Virus record (IMG/VR): IMGVR_UViG_3300028024_000012
Coordinates: 1 to 56,980 of that record
Direction: 5' to 3' (one strand)
Length of the DNA: 56,980 nt
Source: a virus
Lineage: Duplodnaviria; Caudoviricetes
The position numbers and the translations under genes were made by a program. Shown in pieces: positions 52,112-56,980 of the stretch (positions are counted from its first letter, which is position 1; the number at the start of each line of letters is the position of its first letter). The notes under the pieces are model-generated. The model worked only from the letters and a program-made list of their open reading frames with translations, was not told the origin of the DNA and ran no database searches.

Positions 52112-53723
52112 CTCCGACCTGCAATCCGCGAATTCGATCGAGGACCAGCTGAGCCTCTGCCGCGACAGGGTCGCGCAGCTCGGCGCCGAGACGGTCGAGA
52201 TCTATACCGACGCGGCAATCAGCGGCGCCCAGATCATGACGCGGGCGGCGGTGCGGAAGCTGCTGGCCGATGCTCGCGCCGGCCGGTTCGATATCCTGCT
52301 GACCGAAGCGCTCGACCGGCTGTCCCGCAGCCAGGCCGATATCGCCACCATCTTCGAGCGCCTGAGCCATGCCGGCATCCGGATCATCACTTTGTCCGAG
52401 GGCGAGGTCAGCGAACTGCATATCGGCCTGAAAGGCACGATGAACGCCCTGTTCCTGAAGGACCTGGCCGCCAAGGTGCGCCGGGGCCAGCGCGGCATGG
52501 TCGATCGCGGCAAGGCCTCCGGCGGCCTCGCCTATGGCTATCGCGTGGTGCGGCGCATCGGGCCGGACGGCGAGGTCGAGACCGGCCTGCGCGAGATCCA
52601 TCCGGACCAGGCCGAGGTCATCCGGCGCATCTTCCGGGAGTTCATCGACGGCCGGTCCAGCCTGAAGATCGCCAGCGGCCTCAACAGCGACGGCATCCCT
52701 GCGCCGCGCGGCGGGCTGTGGAACCGCAGCAGCATCAGCGGCAATCGCGGCCGGGCGGGCGGCATCCTGCACAACCGCCTCTATATCGGCCGGATCACCT
52801 ATGGGCGCCTGACCTTCCGCAAGGACCCGGATACCGGCAGGAAGCGCGGCACCGCCATGCCCGAAAGCGGCTGGACAACCCAGACCAACGAAGCGATGCG
52901 CATCATCGACGACGAGACGTGGCACCAGGCGCAGAAGGCCCTCAGCGCCTATGACGGCCTCGCCACCGCCAAATGCCGCCGGCCGAAGCGGCTGCTCTCT
53001 GGCCTGGTCACCTGCGGCTGCTGCGGGGCGGCCTATATCGTCATCGACAAGGAGCGCATGGGCTGCTCGTCCAACAAAGAGGGGCGCGGCTGCACCAATG
53101 GAAGGCGGGTGCATTCCGACATGCTCGAACGGCGGACCTTGGACGGGCTGCGCAACCAGATGCTCGCACCGGATGCCATCTCAGCCTTTGTCCGGGAATA
53201 CCACGCCATCTGGAAGCAGCAGCGGGCCGATTCCCTGGGCGACCGTAGCCGGATCGAGCGCAGCCTGAAAGAGGTCGAGGGGAAGATCGGCCGGATCGTC
53301 ACTGCGATCGCCGAGGGCACCGACGTGCCGGCGATGCGGACAACCCTGAAGGATCTGGAGGGGCAGCGCGCGGGGCTGGCACGGCGCCTGGCCGATATGC
53401 TGGACCCGACCGTCATCCCCATGCAGCCGAACCTGACAGAGACGTACCAGCGCCTGGTGGACGATCTGGCCGCCACGCTGAACGCCGCCACCGAGGACCG
53501 CACCCGGGCTTTCGGCCTGCTGCGCGGGCTGATCGACCGGATCGTGCTGCATCCGACCGAGAAGCGGGCCGGATTCGAAATGGAGATTTTCGGGCAATTG
53601 GCAGGGATTCTGCGGCTTGCAAGCGGTCAAGAGGTGGAATGTTCTCCGACCGTTCTCAATGCGAGCAATCAGGGGTTAGTGATGGCGGAGGGAGGGGGAT
53701 TCGAACCCCCGATAGGGATTTAA
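52074..53723 (+). CDS. int: Large serine recombinase (integrase)
   Basis: YARYS catalytic Ser, DRLSR, YGY, recombinase domain, LLSGLVTCGCCG Zn ribbon, coiled coil. Confidence 0.96.
   Translation: MTMIRAAIYARYSSDLQSANSIEDQLSLCRDRVAQLGAETVEIYTDAAISGAQIMTRAAVRKLLADARAGRFDILLTEALDRLSRSQADIATIFERLSHAGIRIITLSEGEVSELHIGLKGTMNALFLKDLAAKVRRGQRGMVDRGKASGGLAYGYRVVRRIGPDGEVETGLREIHPDQAEVIRRIFREFIDGRSSLKIASGLNSDGIPAPRGGLWNRSSISGNRGRAGGILHNRLYIGRITYGRLTFRKDPDTGRKRGTAMPESGWTTQTNEAMRIIDDETWHQAQKALSAYDGLATAKCRRPKRLLSGLVTCGCCGAAYIVIDKERMGCSSNKEGRGCTNGRRVHSDMLERRTLDGLRNQMLAPDAISAFVREYHAIWKQQRADSLGDRSRIERSLKEVEGKIGRIVTAIAEGTDVPAMRTTLKDLEGQRAGLARRLADMLDPTVIPMQPNLTETYQRLVDDLAATLNAATEDRTRAFGLLRGLIDRIVLHPTEKRAGFEMEIFGQLAGILRLASGQEVECSPTVLNASNQGLVMAEGGGFEPPIGI
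53641..53655 (+). promoter_or_regulatory. LexA box inside int, next to right att
   Basis: GTTC-tccgacc-GTTC in context aatGTTC...GTTCtc. Confidence 0.55.
53683..53703 (+). repeat. Right att core
   Basis: Exact match to 638..658. Confidence 0.95.
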
Positions 53724-53776
53724 GTCCCTATAACGGTTTAGCAAACCGCCGCCTTCAGCCGCTCGGCCACCCCTCC
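53683..53776 (-). tRNA. tRNA-Ser(GCT)
   Basis: GGAGGGG...GCGGT-TTGCTAA-ACCGT, long variable arm, GGTTCGAATCC, encoded CCA. Confidence 0.97.
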
Positions 53777-53916
53777 GCACGTGAGCAGCTTGCCACACGG
53801 CGTATGTGGGGCCTTTCCTAACGGCGGCAGGAGCAAAAGTCAAATGCCGGGTCGGGCTTTGGGCCGGTCTTTTAAACTTTTCCCGGAGATCCCCGCCTCG
53901 GCAAAAAGCCCGGGGA

Positions 53917-54624
53917 TCAGCGACGCTTATATTGCTCGTCGCCGAACAGGATACGGCGCTGTTCGGCACTGAAGGACTGGGTGCTGGTATATTGTTCCAG
54001 CACCTTAAGTCCGCGCTGCACCGCCGGGCGCCCGTCAATCTCCTGGAACCAGCGCTTCACATTCGTCAAGGCATTGAGATCGACACCCTGACGCTCCCAG
54101 TATCGGATCCAGGGCCAGGTCGCCATGTCGGCGATGCTGTATTCCTCGCCGGCCAGGAAACGCGCTTCACCGAGACGCTTATCCATCACGCCATAGAGCC
54201 GCTTGGCCTCATTGGTATAGCGATCGATCGCATAGGGAATTTTCTCTGGCGCATAGAGACGGAAGTGATGCGCCTGCCCCAGCATGGGGCCGATGCTGCT
54301 CATCTGAAACATCAGCCATTGCAAGACGGCGTAACGTTGCGCCCCTGTCGCCGGCAGGAACTGCTTGGTCTTTTCCGCAAGATAAATCAGCATGGCGCCG
54401 GATTCGAACAAGGCAATCGGCTTGCCCCCCGGGCCGTCGGGATCGACCATCGCCGGCACCTTGTTATTGGGGCTGATTTTCAGAAAAGCCGGATCGAACT
54501 GCGCGCCCGCACCGATGTCTACACCATGCGCAATGTAAGGCAGTCCCATTTCTTCCAGGGCGATATGTATTTTATGGCCGTTCGGCGTCGGCCAGGAATA
54601 CATATCAATGGTCTTCTCCGTCAT
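53917..54624 (-). CDS. Glutathione S-transferase, YfcG/YghU (Nu) class
   Basis: TPNGHK, ISPNNKVPA, FESGA, YSIAD. Confidence 0.93.
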   Translation of the reverse strand: MTEKTIDMYSWPTPNGHKIHIALEEMGLPYIAHGVDIGAGAQFDPAFLKISPNNKVPAMVDPDGPGGKPIALFESGAMLIYLAEKTKQFLPATGAQRYAVLQWLMFQMSSIGPMLGQAHHFRLYAPEKIPYAIDRYTNEAKRLYGVMDKRLGEARFLAGEEYSIADMATWPWIRYWERQGVDLNALTNVKRWFQEIDGRPAVQRGLKVLEQYTSTQSFSAEQRRILFGDEQYKRR

Positions 54625-54644
54625 CGCTGTCTCCAGCTCGCAAT

Positions 54645-54689
54645 CTCGTTCTAGTCCGGCTCGTTCTTATCCGGCTCGTCCTAATCCAG
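54645..54689. repeat. 3 x 15-bp degenerate tandem repeat between the GST genes
   Basis: ctcgttctagtccgg / ctcgttcttatccgg / ctcgtcctaatccag. Confidence 0.6.
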
Positions 54690-55298
54690 CAGCTTCAGCG
54701 CGCGCTGGACGGCCGGCCGCGAACCAATGGCTTTTTTCCAGCGATAGATCGCCGGGAAATCGGCGAAGTCGTAACCGAAATTGCCGAGGCCCTTGACCCA
54801 GGGCCAACAGGCGATATCCGCGATCGAATAGTCGCCTGCAAGATACGGCACCTCCGCGAGACGCTTCTCCATGACCCCGGCCAATCGGCCAACTTCATTG
54901 GTATAGCGATCGATCGCATAGGGAATGCGTTCCGGCGCGGCGCTGCGAAAGTGATAGCATTGTCCGAACATCGGGCCTATGCCGCCCATCTGGAACATCA
55001 GCCATTGCAAGGTGATGTTTCTGTCATGCGGATCTTGCGACAGAAATTTGCCTGTCTTTTCTGCCAAATAGATCAGAATGGCACCGGATTCGAAGATCGA
55101 GATCGGCTTGCCATCCGGTCCGTCGGAATCGACGATGGCCGGGATCTTGTTGTTCGGACTGATCCGCAGGAAGGCAGGGTCAAATTGCTGACCGGCGCCG
55201 ATATCCACCTTATGCAAGCGGATGGGGAGGCCGGTTTCCTCGACCATGATATGGATCTTGTGGCCGTTCGGTGTGCCCCAGGTATAAAGATCGATCAT
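54681..55298 (-). CDS. Glutathione S-transferase, YfcG-like
   Basis: MIDLYTWGTPNGHK, ISPNNKIPA, FESGAIL. Confidence 0.93.
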   Translation of the reverse strand: MIDLYTWGTPNGHKIHIMVEETGLPIRLHKVDIGAGQQFDPAFLRISPNNKIPAIVDSDGPDGKPISIFESGAILIYLAEKTGKFLSQDPHDRNITLQWLMFQMGGIGPMFGQCYHFRSAAPERIPYAIDRYTNEVGRLAGVMEKRLAEVPYLAGDYSIADIACWPWVKGLGNFGYDFADFPAIYRWKKAIGSRPAVQRALKLLD

Positions 55299-55429
55299 TA
55301 TATCCCTTCAAAATCTGCGGGATTAGCCTACGACGGAAGCCGCAGTCTTGGCGATTTCGCTTGTGCTGGCAAGAACGACCTAACATCATCCCCACCGTTA
55401 TATACGGCCAGGGACGGAAACCTGCGAAA

Positions 55430-55864
55430 ATGCTTTCGCCAGATCTCGAAGAGAATAGCCTCAGCGGATACAGCAAACTAATCCAATATCGCCTTCACCG
55501 GGCCGATCGGGGCTATGCGGAAGTGATCTTGTCGGTCGGCCCCGAGCATCTGAACCGCTTGGGTGTGGTGCATGGCGGCGTCCTCGCAACCCTGCTGGAT
55601 TCAGCGACCGGCTATGCCGTCGCCTTTGCGTCTTCTGCTACAAAAATGCAACCTGCCGTCACGTTGTCACTCAATACGCATTTTCTGGGACAAGCCCGAG
55701 GCGGCGACCGTCTGATCGCCGTGGGTCGGCATATCGGTGGGGGCAAGACCATCGCTTATGCGGCGGCCGAAGTGAAAACCGATGACGGGCGGCTCATCGC
55801 GCGCGGTGATGCGGTCTACCGCTTCCTCGACGAACGCAAAGTCGGCAATGGCGGCGGCCCCTGA
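55430..55864 (+). CDS. PaaI family thioesterase
   Basis: HLNRLGVVHGGVLATLLD. Confidence 0.88.
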   Translation: MLSPDLEENSLSGYSKLIQYRLHRADRGYAEVILSVGPEHLNRLGVVHGGVLATLLDSATGYAVAFASSATKMQPAVTLSLNTHFLGQARGGDRLIAVGRHIGGGKTIAYAAAEVKTDDGRLIARGDAVYRFLDERKVGNGGGP

Positions 55865-55868
55865 TCGT

Positions 55869-56255
55869 TCATAACATATTCGGCTTGGCCATCGCCCTGG
55901 TTGGCCCCATCGCCTGCTCAAGACCGACCCGGATGAATTCGCGCCTCAATCTGCCTGTCGAGGCCAGCCAGCACATTTTGACATCGGCCATCGCTCCATA
56001 AAACGGATTGACCCCAATCAGCGGCTTGTTGTGTTCGATGACCCAATGGGAGCCGATCGCCAGGCAGTAGGCCCCGGCGATACCACCGACGGCAAACAGT
56101 ATTTCACCAACGATCGCTGCGACAATGCTGGAACCCATCCCCAGCACCGTTGCCGCATAATGACAAGCCCGCGTGCCAGGGCGCTGATGCGCCCGAAGAT
56201 AATGCGGCCAGAATTCACTGAACGACATCTGGAATCCGCCACGAAGTGTCGTCAT
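55869..56255 (-). CDS. DUF962 (Mpo1-like) membrane protein
   Basis: FSEFWPHYL.AH....R..H, SHWVIEHNKP; start may be 56228. Confidence 0.82.
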   Translation of the reverse strand: MTTLRGGFQMSFSEFWPHYLRAHQRPGTRACHYAATVLGMGSSIVAAIVGEILFAVGGIAGAYCLAIGSHWVIEHNKPLIGVNPFYGAMADVKMCWLASTGRLRREFIRVGLEQAMGPTRAMAKPNML

Positions 56256-56391
56256 GGACTGGTCCCCTTCTCCTCGCGTCCGGGGCTGCCGAACGCTCCT
56301 CACCCGTTTGACCCGGACAGGGTCCGGTAAACTTTTAAATAGCAGGCACCTGTTGTTCCGATCTGTCAACAGATCATCGCGGTAAAGCTGT

Positions 56392-56980
56392 TCAAGTGCC
56401 GGTAAAGTTCGGCTTTCGCTTGTCCAGAAAAGCCGAGATGCCCTCGCGATAATCGGCGGTTTCGCAGGCGGCATAGGCTTCGCGTATCTCCTCCGCGGGG
56501 ATCGGCGCAGGAAGCTGGCAACGCCGAGTCATCTTCTTGTGATTTCGGTGACTGACCGGCGAGCCGGCAGCAATGCGCCGGGCCAGCGCCGCGACAGCGG
56601 GTTCCAATTCCGCCGGTTTGCAAAGCCGTGTCACCAGCCCCTTCGCCAAGGCCCAATCCGCGTCATAGATGCTGCCCTCCAGCAGCATTTCCAGCACCGT
56701 TGCACGACCCAGCAGGGTCACGAGATCGGCAATTTCCGGATAGGGCATGGTGACGCCGATCTTCTGAATAGGAACGCCGAACTTGGCGGATTGCGCGGCC
56801 ACACGCAGATCGCACATGGCGGCGACTTCGAGTCCCGCGCCGACGCAATTCCCCTCGATGGCGGCAATGGTCGGATGACGGCAATCGCGCAACGCATGCA
56901 ATGTTTCCACCATCATGCGGCCATAGGCCGTGGCCTGGTCCGTGGTCCATCGTTGCTCGCGAAACTCGGCCAGATCGGCG
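56392..56980 (-). CDS. Enoyl-CoA hydratase/isomerase family protein (5' end outside window)
   Basis: IAAIEGNCVGAGLEVAAMCDLR, DYREGISAFLDKRKP. Confidence 0.9.
   Translation of the reverse strand, partial: ADLAEFREQRWTTDQATAYGRMMVETLHALRDCRHPTIAAIEGNCVGAGLEVAAMCDLRVAAQSAKFGVPIQKIGVTMPYPEIADLVTLLGRATVLEMLLEGSIYDADWALAKGLVTRLCKPAELEPAVAALARRIAAGSPVSHRNHKKMTRRCQLPAPIPAEEIREAYAACETADYREGISAFLDKRKPNFTGT

Larger units (their letters stand above)
638..53703. mobile_element. Complete temperate prophage (lambda-like head, Mu-like contractile tail) integrated in tRNA-Ser(GCT)
   Basis: 21-bp direct repeat at both ends, serine integrase at right end, full structural, lysis, replication and immunity modules without obvious frameshifts. 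Confidence 0.95.

Noticed and set aside
51687-53114. 475-aa minus-strand ORF
   Set aside because: Shadow of the integrase.

Overview
GC-rich alphaproteobacterial chromosome segment, inferred from GAAC-N7-GAAC LexA boxes and a GcrA-like HTH. It is occupied almost entirely by an apparently intact ~53 kb temperate prophage (638..53703). The prophage sits in the 3' end of tRNA-Ser(GCT), is flanked by a 21-bp direct repeat and encodes a large serine recombinase. It combines a lambda-type head/cos packaging module, a Mu-type contractile tail, a collagen+LRR fibre, a lysis cassette, a P4-like replication pair with an iteron origin, a cI/cro/cII switch, two DNA methyltransferases, hicAB and SOS-linked morons. 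Host genes flank it: a GFA protein on the left; two GSTs, a PaaI thioesterase, DUF962 and an enoyl-CoA hydratase on the right. Most unusual observations: (1) the att core lies inside the integrase ORF, and the left end holds two tandem paralogous 'tRNA 3'-end + integrase C-terminus' cassettes, one Ser-type and one Met-like; (2) both antisense accessory cassettes inside early operons are spanned by stop-free, codon-aligned 'bridge' ORFs coupled at both ends; (3) a tRNA-like cloverleaf and hairpin array lies downstream of cII; (4) a LexA box lies next to attR. All product calls come from motif and synteny recognition; no database search was run.
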